This document shows, one piece after another, positions 12,540-24,590 of a stretch of 64,000 nt of DNA. A program made the position numbers and the translations under genes. The DNA is taken from positions 440,174-504,173 of the forward strand of contig ML996691.1 of assembly GCA_010356995.1 (NCBI GenBank). The letters are read 5' to 3'. How positions within the stretch are numbered: the stretch's first letter is position 1; every line of letters starts with the position of its first letter. The stretch comes from Trichodelitschia bisporula. Lineage: Eukaryota. The notes under the pieces are model-generated. The model ran no database searches. It had not been told where the DNA came from and worked only from the letters and a program-made list of their open reading frames with translations.

Positions 12540-15253
12540 ATTCGAGACTTGGGGACTTTTACGGCCCATCAGAATGGTGTGCACTCGCAACTAGAAGAAT
12601 AAGACGTCAAAATGAGCGACAATAAGCTTTATCCCGAGTCAGACAGCTTGCCATCACTTCTTGTAGAGAGTCGTGCAAGGTGCAAAATCGGAGTTGCGAA
12701 CAGCATAATTCTCACTGGACCACATTGAGTATTTCAGTCGATGCCAGAAGATCGGTGAGCCCTGAACACGGTCAATGCCTCGCATACATGAATGAACGGC
12801 AAGACTAGCCCTCGCAAATTGACAGTCGGCTGTGTATGGTCCTGAAAGGAGGAGCTCACTCCGTCAAAAGGAGCCGATGTCCTATCAAGCAGCGAGCTCG
12901 GGTGAAGATGATGCCGGTGCTCAAGGTACAGCCTGTCTTCGCAATATCAAGGTTTGCAGCTAACAGGATATCAGCGACAGCAAGAGCCAGAATCGCACAC
13001 GTTCTAGAGTCAGATGCCGCCTACTATTGCATACCAGCCACCACTACTCATAGCATGGTGCCCAAGAGGGAAGAAGCAGACGGTCCGACAGCCGAGCATC
13101 CTCGGGCATATGAGACACAGCGTATTTATACTGGAACAGTATACCTGAATGCTTCATGCTGTACCTGCAATTTCACTGCTTCGTAGTCCTAAGTCCTGTG
13201 GGCGGTAAACTGTTGGAAGACTCTGCAGAGAAAGCTGAATGAACCAAAATGTGGCTGGTACTCTCGGGAGCGCGTCGGATCACGGAACCTGCTATGGAGG
13301 TAGGCCCCAATCGGATAAAAAAATCACGAGCTCATCCGGTCGGAACATATTATTTTGTCAGGTACCATCGTTCTAAAGCAAGGGGGAGCATATAATAGCC
13401 AATAGTTATCAGATAGTGGTGTGCAGGCCCGCCCGCCCATATGTTTCGGCGATATTAAACCGTTCGGCTGTGACAGTGAGGAATCGCCCCTAATAATGCG
13501 ATAGGCCCGAATGCGTTCGGGAGCATGTGTCTATATTTCCTCATAATTGGCCTGAATCATCAGTGCTTTCCTGGAGTTTTGCATTGGGACGTAAAACGGA
13601 TTGGGCAATACTCGCGTTGGTTGTGGAGAGGTAGTTCTACATGATCAGGCCTAGCGAAGCTGCCAACGTCTTCTATGGAACGCAGCCGGAGAGGCTATGC
13701 TATGAGTAAAAGGGGCTGAGATGTCAACCTTCACCCCGAACACCTGAACTGAGGTAGGCAGGGACATTTAAAAACGCAAGCGGCCCCGGTAGAACTGAGG
13801 AGCGCACTTCGAAAGAAAGGACTAGACAGATGTACTTAGCAGCTTAAGAAGCAGCTCCTTGACAGATAACATACAGCACAACTAATTCACTCACTCCGCA
13901 TGAGCTTCCTGTTACCCTCAACTGACATGAGATTGTGCGGGAGCTCGGGGAGGGAACGGAGAAGGTATTTGAACCGCGTGAGCTGTGATTGATACCTCAC
14001 AACATCTCGAGGGAGCTGGGGACGCGACTCGATGACATAATCTCTTAGTCTGCTTGGCACTGGGCGATATTTGAGACAAGGGTAACTGAACCTCAACAGT
14101 ATCCGGTGACGACGAGCTCGGTGCCGGCCATCATCACTGGACACTGCTCTGAAGCGCTGGGATGTGGACTTCACCGGCTACCAGCATAAGACGCGATAAA
14201 GTACTCCTAAAGATGTATCATGCTCGACTCGTTCGTCCGGTCCAAGAAACCAGTCCTTGAAGGCCAGCAAGTCTACATTCTTTGATCATGTTGCTTTAAA
14301 GACAGAAGTCATGACAACTAACTGTACTATACTAGTCACTGTTCACAGCCAGTTGTGGTCGATCACTGGCAAGTCCGAGTAGGGGGATTGGCCGCAATCG
14401 GCAAGCCGCCTTCCATTGCGCTCAAGAGCTTAGCCGGGCGTATTCAACCACCTCCAATCGCTTTACTGAAGTCATTTCCAGCTGGAGACTGGTCCCTCAG
14501 CCCCGATGATGAGCCACCGATCATCCGAAAGCAGTCTGTCCGTGGCTAGCAAGGCTGATGTGGCACGCTTGCTCCTTAACACGCCCACTAGGAGACGAAG
14601 CCCCCGCCCCCCGGCTCTCTTGCCCCGCAAATGAGGATCACGGAACTCTTTAATACCAAACCGTAAATTTCTGCTACGTAACGCGCATCCAGCCTTGAAC
14701 GGGCGATTGTGGACGAACTAAGCAGACCGTTAACCCCCACCAAGTTCTCAAAAATCACCAGCCACCTATGAGGAAGCCAAACGCGGGCACAGCACCCAAC
14801 GAACCGGACGAGCAGCCATATGCCCGGACCTCCACCCCAAGAAAACGCTCCGAAACCGGAAATAACCGCCAGCGCCTGCACATCGTTCCCGCCAACCCTT
14901 TCGCGATCACCTCTCCCGCCGATGAGACGCCACGCCACAGAAGCAACCAGGAACCTACGGGCCGAGCCGCCCGGCTTGCCCGGAATAGGCCCTGGCGGAT
15001 GCAGCGCCACGTGTACAGCGGAGGCGGCTGAAACGACAATGGAGGGGGTGGAGCGGAGCGGAAATTTAATCTCAACGTCAACCGTTTGATCGAAATCCGC
15101 TTGAACGACCGCCCACCAAATTTTGTGCTTAAAACAAGACCAGAAGCAGTGGAAATCGAAGATGGGAAATGTACATGTCAAGATACAAGAAAATGAAGGG
15201 AAATTTCTGTAAATCGGCCGTCCGCCAAACTTTTGGGCTGAGAATCTGCACGT

Positions 15254-15952
15254 TTAGTAGTCGACTGGAGCGGGATACCGCTGTTGCGCCATTGCGTATT
15301 CGGCTGCGTAATTGCGCGCTGCACGCTCGTTCATTGCACTGAGAAAATAAGTTAGCTATTTGCTTCGCTATTTCCCCGCGAGAGCAGAGAGCAGGGTGAA
15401 GACTCACGCGACACGCTTTTGCGTCCAGTCAAGGTCCTGTTGGACCTCCTTCGCCGCTTTCATGCCCTCCGCGAAGGTGGCCTGCATCGCTGCAAGTCGG
15501 CTCTGCGCCAATGCCTGGAGCTCCTGAAGCTCCCGTGTCTTGGCGTTCAATTGACCGGATCTGCGGTTGTCAGCGGGGGCTGCCATTTGCAAAATAGGAA
15601 TGATCAAAACTCACGTTTGCGCCTGTTGAACCAGCGCGCGGTCGAGCGGGAGCGGATTGAAGGCCGTAGACAGACGCTCACCCATGTAGTCGAACATATC
15701 GACCGTTGATGCCCCAGTCGATGACGCTTCGTACTCACTCGCGCTGCCCGCGTAGCTGCTTGACGTGGCAGACGGGTCATATGAAGCTACCCCTGAGTGG
15801 GTGCTGACGCTCTGAGGAGCTTCAGGAGGAGACATCGGCATCTGGCCATAGGCGGAGTAGTGAGGGTTGGCATAATGACCGGGCTTCTGGGGCATGTTGA
15901 TCGGCTGCGATGCAGCGGGTTGGTAGTAATAAGAATGAGTAGTGGAGGCCAT
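15254..15952 (-). CDS. KXD1: KxDL-motif protein, BLOC-1/BORC subunit KXD1-like
   Basis: S/P/Y-rich N-terminus, then AFNPLPLDRALVQQAQTSGQLNAKTRELQELQALAQSRL...AKEVQQDLDWTQKRV. Introns 15561-15614 and 15339-15407; last exon AMNERAARNYAAEYAMAQQRYPAPVDY*. Confidence 0.8.
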
Positions 15953-16181
15953 GATGAATGCTGTGAGGATTGATAAAGGTCAAGAGACTTGGTCAAGCAA
16001 AGGGGCAATGGGTAATAGAAGAGATGCTCTGTATGAGAACAAGTCAAGGCGAGATGGGATGGGAAGGGGTGATCGGGTGTTTGCTGAGTGAGGCTAACGA
16101 TGTTTGTGTAAGTATAACACTTTGAGAGTTTGTAATTGAAGAGAAGAAAGGAAATCAAGAGCAACCCCATCATCAATGGCC

Positions 16182-16189
16182 TTTTTATA
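16182..16189 (-). promoter_or_regulatory. TATA box candidate for KXD1-like gene
   Basis: TATAAAAA on the minus strand about 230 nt upstream of the ATG, followed by a pyrimidine-rich leader. Confidence 0.5.
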
Positions 16190-19100
16190 CCTCATCTTCC
16201 CATGTCATGAACGTGATTTCGGTATGGAATCATGTTTATCCCGTCCAGGTTTCCAGATGCCATGCCGTAAGACTACGCGAGCAGCGGTGATGGAGATGCA
16301 TATCCCGCCGACCAGTTGACTTGCTCCGCCGGGGGTGAGTGGGATGGATGGAGGTGTTAGATGAGGGTCGAGGCCAGCCGAAGACACCAGTGGGGAGATA
16401 CCGGCCTCGTCCTGCTCATCTTTCAGCCTTGGGAAGGGGGTGGAGGCGGAGCATCATTGGCGGACAACGGTGCGGGATAGTCCATTGCTTGAGCATTAGG
16501 CACGGCAGGCGCGTCAGCAGGACACGGCGGCATCAGTGGGCTGAGTATGAGAGCGGAGCGGGGGGAGGGGTAGGGTGGGAGGCGACAGCGGGATAGTGAT
16601 CGATGTGGGAACATTGGACGAGAGAGGAAACACCATGGCCGATGACAGAAGGCAGTGCCGTCATTGCTGCATGAGAGGGGAACAGAAAGGCCGCAGCGTC
16701 CGTTTGTTGTCCAGGATGAACAGGCAAGTCGGTGTGGCACATCAGTTCGGAAGGAGGTAGTTAACTCGAATTGAGTTACCAGTCCAATGAGAGATTGATG
16801 GGGACGAGAAAGAGAGTGAGGGGGAGGCAAAATGATTAGGCCAAATCGCAATTGCCGTAAGCGGCGCAAGAGAATCCTGCTGGGTATCGCGATACATCGG
16901 CGCGGGGTGTGTAACTTGGGTAAGGCAGAGCGGGGGGCATCAAGGGAATTTTCGACAACGGGGTTTCAAAAGCATCGAAGGCTAACAACAAGATCCAGCG
17001 TCCAGGTCGACGACAGCGCAGCTCACAGACATGGATCAAGGGATCTCCTTGGATGTGGTGCAGATGCGATGCTCTGCTGTCGCCTGTCGGGGCCGTAGTT
17101 GATGCGTTGGCACTATGGTAGTCGCTCTCTGCACCCGGGTGCTGAGCCTAACCCGGTGCCAGTCGGCATCTAGTCCCGGTTGGCGGCGCGCAGACAGAGA
17201 CGGTCATTAGGGTCCAGTGGCGAATGGAAGCCGAGCTCTCTCTAAGCTTTGCAGCTGACCGGTGACCGGTGCGGGGCGAGATTTTGAATGAGGGGAGAAG
17301 GCAGAAGAATTGGAGATCTCCCGGAAGACCTTTTCTGTTTGGTGGGGGAGGGGGGAATTGAAGATTCGCTGCGTTCGCAAGAGGTCAAAAATGCTTGCCG
17401 GGGATGACGGAGGCACTGAGGGGTCAGGGCGGTGAGGAGGGCCATTATTGGCTGGAGAGCTGAATGGCTGACTTCTGGACTTCAACCCCCACCACCAAGA
17501 CTGCCCAAGCCCCGCGTGGTCTCCAAGGTCGGGAGGCCGTAGGCCCGGGAAGGCCTTGAGACAAAGATTGGGAGACGTGGGGGACGAGGGGGAGCTGGGG
17601 GAGCTGGGGAGGAGGAGAGCGGGGAGGGAAACCGTTGGAACGTCGGCCAACACCCATATCTCCGCCAACTCTAACGACCTTCCATGCACCACTACCCTAA
17701 CAACCCCATCCCCCCTCCCCTACCCCCCTTCCACAACCGCTTTCTGTCGCACAGCAGTCCGTAGCCTCTGGTCTTCCCCCGCTCTCCCACCACAAGGCAT
17801 GGCCTTTGTCAGGCATCCACCAAGAGCGTGAAACGTTGCACTTGCAATAGACCCTCAATTGTCTGCTTAAGAAGCTATGTCGGCTTGCAGTCCTCTCCGC
17901 AGATACGCTCTGGCCTTATGATCCGCAACTTCGGCGAGATGGCTACCCATCAGTTGCAGGCCGCTGCCCTACCTGGCCTTCCCGTCCGATCGCCGCCGGG
18001 GAAGACGCGGTGACTGAGGCGGGTAGCAGCAGATGCTGCAAGGGGCGGCGACGGCCCTCTTTTACCGCATTGCAGCTATTTCGTAGTTCACGCTTTGCGG
18101 CCAGGCTATCCTTTTCACCGCGCCAGGCAAAAATTGGGCAACGTCGATCGTCTGAGAACTTTATCTTGGCCCTTGCGTCAGCTTGACTGTTCGGCGCTGG
18201 TGGTGGTCGGCCATTTGCTCCCTGAGCAGAGTTGGGATGTTCCTCTTGGCGATATCTCGAGCGTTTTCCTCGAACCCGGGATGCAATGTATCATGCACAT
18301 GCTAAAATAGATGGTGCAACGTCTGGAAAGACGCCGTGCGGATAATGCGCGGCTCTGAAATCGCCCCACCGTGCTCCGTGTGCTGCATGTAACGAGAGAA
18401 AGCCGAAGCTAAGGACCGGCTTTGTGGATGGGGATCCGCCGTTATGGGTCTTTTCCGATGGTGGCTGCGAGGTGGGTCGTGCAAATGCTTTATCCATCGG
18501 GGATTCGGTTACAACTTCTGCAGCGCTAGACTCCTAACCGAGAAGCTCGACTACTTGAGGGTGGAGCCAAATGGAAGCGATATCATTGCAGGATGGATCT
18601 CCGGGGCCGCTTGTCATTCAAACGGTGTCGTAGCGTCAATTGGACTTCCATGCCTCAGGTCCAATAACTTTGCAGAATGTGTCGTAGTGTTCAACCTGGA
18701 GGAGCGGGAACTGTTCAGCCGGGGTTTATCATGTGTACGTACAGATGCTTGGCTATGGGAGAGACGGTCACTACTCTAGAGGTCAAGTCTGGAGACTGAA
18801 AGAGCACAAAAGCGACGTCATTGATTCCAAGCCGCCTCAGCAGCGCCCCAGTGGCTAAAAAGACCCCGATTCGTTAAGGCAACCCAAACCCCAGCTCCGG
18901 CCCAAAGGTAGAAATGCCAGCAACATGCACCAACTCCATACGCGATATACGCATCGGATTCTGTCGAAGGTTGCAACACCGCCCTCCGCCGTCATAGCGA
19001 ATGGGAGAGAGAGAGGAGCGTGAAGGGGGTGAACTTGGTCGAGGAGCGACGGTGAGTTCGTGCTACGGAATGATACCATCATAGAAGTAGCATGTATCAG

Positions 19101-19331
19101 TTAAAGCCATGAGATGAAGTCGGTTTCGGAATCGAATCGACATCGAGATCGCCATGCTGCATCACTGTTGCTTTACAGAATGCCTTTATCCTGTTCGTGT
19201 CAGTTGAAAGACCTCAGAGGCATAGAAGCAAGGTAATACTTGAGGGCGCAACCATTCGAGCTAATAGCCATGTTCCTCGAGCTCCGCTGCTGCAAGATGC
19301 CATGTCTCCTTGAAGACCCAATGCATCCGCT

Positions 19332-19862
19332 TCACTTACTGGTCCCTTTCGTCCAAGGATCTTCAACGAAACTTGGCATAAAGTAGGCCAAATCTCCTCT
19401 CGCGTCAGGTACACCTCTTCTCAGAGCTTGGAGGTCATCTCGGGTAAGTTGGTCTAGAGTTTTGCCTTCTGGGCCAGAGGGTAGAGGTTCAACGCCATCA
19501 AGCTCGTGGAGTGCGTTGTCCAGTTTGCTGATTCTGGGCTGGCGCTCGACATCGTGACCGGATTTGACATCATTCTGAGGGGGTACATGGTGGAATGGAA
19601 GAGGGTGTTCTGTGACCGAGCCAGGCTCGGGACGTCTGTTGCGTCGTTCTGTTACGTCTCCGATGGGGGTGATGTTACTCCCGGTAGGTGTCGGATGAAG
19701 TCGACGATTTTTTGGCTCCGTCTCATCTCTTCCACGGCTGGGAGATTCTTTTCCGGGAGAGCTTCCTTGCCCAATGCGCTTTCGTTTATTCGCTCCCAGT
19801 TGCTGACCGAATGAGGAGAAGCCCATGGCGGCAGACATTTCCGGATCCATACCTTCGTCCAT
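19332..19862 (-). CDS. Uncharacterised ~176-aa protein with N-terminal MxAAMGFSSFG motif and C-terminal YFMPSFVEDPW (MPLKIP/TTDN1-like) motif
   Basis: Intronless ORF; likely start MDEGMDPEMSAAMGFSSFG; NLS-like NKRKR; ends LQALRRGV...DLAYFMPSFVEDPWTKGTSK*. Confidence 0.7.
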   Translation of the reverse strand: MDEGMDPEMSAAMGFSSFGQQLGANKRKRIGQGSSPGKESPSRGRDETEPKNRRLHPTPTGSNITPIGDVTERRNRRPEPGSVTEHPLPFHHVPPQNDVKSGHDVERQPRISKLDNALHELDGVEPLPSGPEGKTLDQLTRDDLQALRRGVPDARGDLAYFMPSFVEDPWTKGTSK

Positions 19863-20291
19863 CTCAGAGGCCGAAGATGATACTTCCTTGTCGTCACAAT
19901 AAGGTGAGTGTTTAGACAAATGCCGAGGTTGAAGGTGGAAGATGGGATTGTTGCAAGCCCGCAAACGAATGTTGTCAGAGGTCAGAGGTAGAGCAGCTAG
20001 GGGCCATGCATGGCCACCCGAAAATGTCGCGGCCGCCCCTGTCCGAAAGAACGCTCGGGCAGGCCAGCCACGACTTTCTGGGTGGCCCAAGGGCTTATGA
20101 GTCACGTGCTTGAATTCTCAATAAGGACTGGAAAAGTAGTTGCTCAGCCGTCATTAGGTCAGGATGGCTCAAGTACTCCAGATCTCACGGTGGAGTGCAA
20201 CACATACTGAACAAGTTGAATACATTCTTCAAATATCATTTCCCGAATTGCACGTCATCCCCGGTTCACTGCGACAGCTTCCTATTCAAAT

Positions 20292-21946
20292 TCAAGGGTA
20301 CTGGGCCTTGAATGGGAGTGTGGACATCTGAGCTCCGATATTCCCATCAATGCCGAAGAGCTTATAGATCCAGTTCAATATGATAAAGAATGACTCAGGC
20401 TCACCCATGTGCTTCAAGCCCGGGACGAATCTACGCGGTGGTCAGTTGATATCCCAGGCGGAGTTTAGGATGGGAAGCAAGGCTGAACGACATACCGCGC
20501 TTCCTTCGGCGGACCGTGCTGCAGAGCAAGATAGCAGTCATCGATGGGGAAGATCTCATCTTCAGTTCCCTACGAGGGAGTTAGCATAGAATGGAAAGTG
20601 TAAGGTCCAGCTCACGTTGACTAGCAGAAGCCTGGCACATAGCTTTCTGTCCAGAGTACCATCCTTCAGCAAGGAAAACTTGTCCGATGCCTCTTTTTTG
20701 AACGTTTCGATGTCCGTTCCGTAGCCAAACTTCAAGGCCAAAGTGTTGCAAAGTCTGCGATAGATGAGTTCTGTGTCCGACTTATGCGAGATACTCCGAG
20801 GTGACTCACGGGAATGGATACTCAAGGTGGTTGACCTCGTTCAGCCACTCGGGATCGAACATGTGGTGCACCCCGCCGCCGAGATTCACTGCACCGGCCA
20901 AGCGGTCGTGATGGGTGTAGGCCAGCCTTGTGGAATAGTACCCTCCAGTTGAGAAGCCCCAGGTGCAGAGCCTCTTCGCGTCGATGCGATCTTGAGTGTC
21001 GATCCAGTCAAAGAGACTGGAGAAGACCCGATCCGGGCTCTTAATATCCTTTGGTGAGGCAGGAGAATCTCCGGTACCTGGAATCTCGAGTATGATGACA
21101 CCCACCCCGAGCCTCCGCCAGCCTTCTGCCCATACACAAAGCTCGGTGCGGTACCCGTCGAGGCCGGTGATGATCATCACCACTGGAGCTGGGTTCTCCT
21201 TCGTAGCACTGTCGGGTAGCTGATGGAACACGGGGACAAAGTCACCCTCGCCATCAATGCCGTGGGTGTGAGGAACGAGAACTTCGTGTACGGGGCTGAA
21301 GCCTCCAACCTCGCCCTTAAGCCTGCACCGTTATGGTTAACTTAGAGATCCTTGTGGGGTTTGATAGGACCGGACAGACTTGAGACCCTTGAGAACAACT
21401 TCCTTACACTTCTCCCAACCCTGCTTCATGTTTGGAGAGAAAATTGCCGGGAAGCGGGACATGCGATAGACAGCGGATGAGCGCCTAGTTGTGATGAGCC
21501 ATTTGCAGCTACACCACACGGAGTCCGTACAGGTAGTATTCCGCCGCCTGGGCTTTGTCTCCAGCCTTCTCGGCCTCTTCCGCCTTCGCTTCAAGCTCCC
21601 TAGCCTTGGGGAAGTAGACTTTCGGGTACTCGTTCCAGTCATAAGGCTCCTTGAAGTCCAACTATATATGGTTTAGCCGGCAGAGCTATTGGCTTGGGAT
21701 GTCAGGATGTTGCACCTTTTCCATCTCGTCAACTATGGGCTCAAAGTCCTTTGCCGCACCGAACATGAAAGGATAGACGCCCATAGCGGCCTGTGCATGG
21801 TATCAGTCTCCAGTGTTGAGAGAGCGAGACATGGGACTGACGGGCTTCTTCCATTTTGTCTCCCACAGCTGCTTGAAGTTCTCATGGTGCGGGGCAACTT
21901 CCTTCAGCTTCGACTGAATGAAAAACTGGCCACCTGGGGCTGCCAT
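20292..21946 (-). CDS. ayg1: Ayg1/YG-1-like alpha/beta hydrolase (polyketide chain-shortening family)
   Basis: APHHENFKQLWETKWKKP-AMGVYPFM, AVYRMSRFP, ITGLDGYRT, EIPGTGDSP, nucleophile GFSTGGYY, HHMFDPEWL..HLEYPF, KHMGEP. Seven GT-AG introns reconstructed. Confidence 0.85.
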
Positions 21947-22341
21947 CTTGTACAGCGGTGGCGCGGTCGTGAATGCTGGTGTTTTCTGGCAAGTGAAGGG
22001 AAGGTGGGGTCCTTTCAATGACCCAGGCAGGAGGTTTTGCTATGTATGTACGTCGAAATCCACTAATAACCGCTGCGCGCTACTCTAGGGGCCTGAAGGC
22101 TGGGGTGCAGCTCCAATGCCGCTTGGTGTTTGGTCTTGCGAATCATCGGGCGTTCTGCTGAAACTGACATCCAGGTCCGGGCCATGCGGGGTCCCGAGCA
22201 CCAAGTGCTGAAGCAACTACGGGAACCCCTCCAAGCCATTCCAAAACAGCATTACTACGTATAACGAGGTCAGAAGCAAGTTTTCTAGTTCTAGTTCTAG
22301 GCAATATAAAGGAGCCGACGGTCAAGGTCTTTACCAGACCC

Positions 22342-23114
22342 TCACTTTCTCCGTGTCATAGCCTCTTCGACCCTTGCACGCATTCCTTGTTGCCAATCGT
22401 CCCCAGTACATACTGAAAACAACAGTATCTCTGCCCAGATCGTGCTCGGAGCATCCGGGAGGTAGCGCTCGGCCGTTTCCCACTTTGCCCATTTGTATCG
22501 CGTTAGGGAAAACAAAGTGCCACCGAAGGAGGCCTTCTTGATGAAATCCCAATCTTTCCGCCACACGAATGGACGCGGCATTCATTGAACTCACTTGCCA
22601 CACGACGCGCCGCAGATCCAGACCGCCATCGATGGGGCTGTTCAAAGCAAACTGCAGCATTAACCCAGCAGCGTTGGTAGTGACATGTGTGCGATGAAAC
22701 GGCGGGAGAATCACAATACAGCCGATCTCGGTCGACATATGGGCGGCTGATGTATTCAAGAAGCTTATCATGCCGGCCAATTCGCCTTCGTCGTCTTCAG
22801 CCGATGCTTGTCTGGTCTTGTCGATAACGGCATATGTAAACCATCCTGGGTCTTGTAGCGTTGTCTTTTCGAGGAGCTGCTCTATAAATTCCTCTTTCCT
22901 CACAAACGGCCCTGTCGGCATGTGGACGTACAGCTCTGGGTGCGAAACCGTCTGGGTGAAGTATGCATCAGCATGGCGATCAGCCTGCCGACTGTTAGCA
23001 AGTCAATAGTGATGTCTTAGGATACTGGAGAAGACATGCGGTGAAAGGCAATAGTTTGACTTTGTCGTTCGCGATGGTGCGGATAGGAAACGGAAAGCTG
23101 GGCTTTGGAGACAT
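22342..23114 (-). pseudogene. GNAT (RimJ/RimL-type) N-acetyltransferase with a +1 frameshift near the 3' end (possible pseudogene or sequencing error)
   Basis: MSPKPSFPFPIRTIANDKVKLLPFT | GC-AG intron 22985-23039 | ADRHADAYF..HMPTGPF..STEIG..ILPPFHRTHVTTNAAGLMLQFAL..LRRVVW..NAASIRVAERLGF..EG..R..RDTVVFSMYW. The family-like tail DDWQQGMRARVEEAM follows only if one G is removed from GGGG at 22401-22404. Confidence 0.75.
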
Positions 23115-23711
23115 ATTGTTGTGACGTGACTGTTGGGGCTGCGAGCTTGTTCGAGTTCTGCGTCTTTTAGCAGTCTTCATGTTGGTCGGATTTTCCTAAT
23201 CTGTAACAGCCTTACGTCAGGGGCTGACGAACTCCCACAAGTGATCAATATAATGCAAGCGATATCTGTGAGTTTCTCGTGAGTTTCTCTCAGCTTTGCG
23301 ACTACGACAGGGCCCACGACAGGGCCCTTTCGAGCATCGTCTGGAGCTTCCGAGCTGTCGTGCCGTAAAGACACGAAGTTCTGAGACTGAATTGATACAT
23401 TTCTAAGAGTTCAACAGGAAGAGTTCTTGCCTTTCTATCTCCGTGAGATCTTCGGCTTTTCAAGGCAAACATCATCACCGCATTTGAATACATTCTCTTG
23501 CTTGCCGACAGTACATTATCTTGCTTTGCCGACAGCATATTCCACAGATCTCGCAAACGCCAGTCAACATATTGTCAGCAGCGACAGCTGAATTGTATTG
23601 GGCGAATATCTAGATACATCTCTACGCTGCCGATGTCTCCTCGCGTGTCGTTGCGGTGTCTAAGCCAAGCCGCGCAATGCCAGGCCCGGTCGGGCTACAA
23701 TGGCCAGTTCA

Positions 23712-24203
23712 CTACAAGTCGAGAAGGTGTGCCTCATAGTTTATATCGTCTCCCCAAGGCAGAAGCGGTGACAAGTGCAAGTAGACCCTGAGTGCGTTTC
23801 CAACCTTGTTGAACCGAATACTGCCATTGTAGACTGCAAGAACCAGCTGAATTCCCAGTCCAGTCTCGAGGCTTGCAGAATATCCATCACCAATATGCTG
23901 ACTAAAAATCTTGGGGTAAGCTCCGATGATCTTGGTGTCGGGATCGTAGTAACCGACACACTTTGAAATCGAGGTCAGCATGTGGTTACTCTCGACGACT
24001 GAGCTGCCGCGGTACATACGCTGAAGACCTTAACATCAAATTCGAATTCCTTGCGATTGCCCCTGCTCAGTGCCGCCTGTGGCTCTTCGGCAACTTGCTT
24101 GACTTCGTATTGGCCCTCGGTCGGCTGAGTGACCTCATAGTTGACGGTGACAGGGACGATGTTGGCCCTGACGGGCAAGTGACACTGTGGTGATAGAAGG
24201 CAT
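23712..24203 (-). pseudogene. Small (~145 aa) beta-strand-rich fungal hypothetical protein; start codon out of frame
   Basis: Exon 1 ...VPVTVNYEV...KEFEFDVKVFS joins, via intron GTATGT..CTGAC..AAG (~23962-24018), exon 2 CVGYYDPDTKIIG..GDGYSASLETGLGIQLVLAVYNGSIRFNKVGNALRVYLHL..YEAHLLDL*. TATA-like TATATTAAT and a CT-rich leader precede caatATG at 24203, which is one frame off. Confidence 0.6.
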
Positions 24204-24377
24204 ATTGATGAGTTTCGATTGACGAGAAGGATGAGATGAGTATGAAAGACACTGTTGAAATGGGAGAGAAAGCAATTGATTAATATAGCCGTAGGCACTT
24301 GGAGACGAGCTCACAGGAGTCTGCTTCAGGAGTTAGACCCACTTGTGTAGCCAGAAGCGCTACTCCCATCTAGCCTC

Positions 24378-24590
24378 TAGCTGAGCTGCACAGCGAAAAG
24401 GCATTTGGCAAATGATAGTTTCGTGATTGTTCGTACAGCAACCTGACATGAGCCGAACACGGTCAGGATCTCAATATCTTCAACCGAGCATTAGCTGAGC
24501 TGCATGGCGAAATCGCATTTGGCAAAGGTTCGGATGCTGACATGAGCTGGACACGGTCTGAATCTCAATATCTGCATCCAAGCATTAGCT
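24378..24590. repeat. Degenerate tandem duplication (about 114 + 94 bp)
   Basis: Both copies read TAGCTGAGCTGCA..GCGAAA..GCATTTGGCAAA...CTGACATGAGC..ACACGGTC...ATCTCAATATCT..CA..C.AGCAT. Copies start at 24378 and 24492; a third start TAGCT is at 24586. Confidence 0.8.

Noticed and set aside
14588..15181. 197-aa minus-strand ORF downstream of KXD1
   Set aside because: No motif or clear start context; probably 3' UTR or intergenic.
16200..19300. Many 60-160 aa ORFs and opposing pyrimidine tracts suggesting a lncRNA or bidirectional promoter
   Set aside because: Low-complexity translations and no coherent splice model; cannot be supported without RNA data.
23712..24203. Small S8-adjacent protein as a gasdermin
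   Set aside because: About 145 aa, much shorter than fungal gasdermins, with no recognisable gasdermin motifs.
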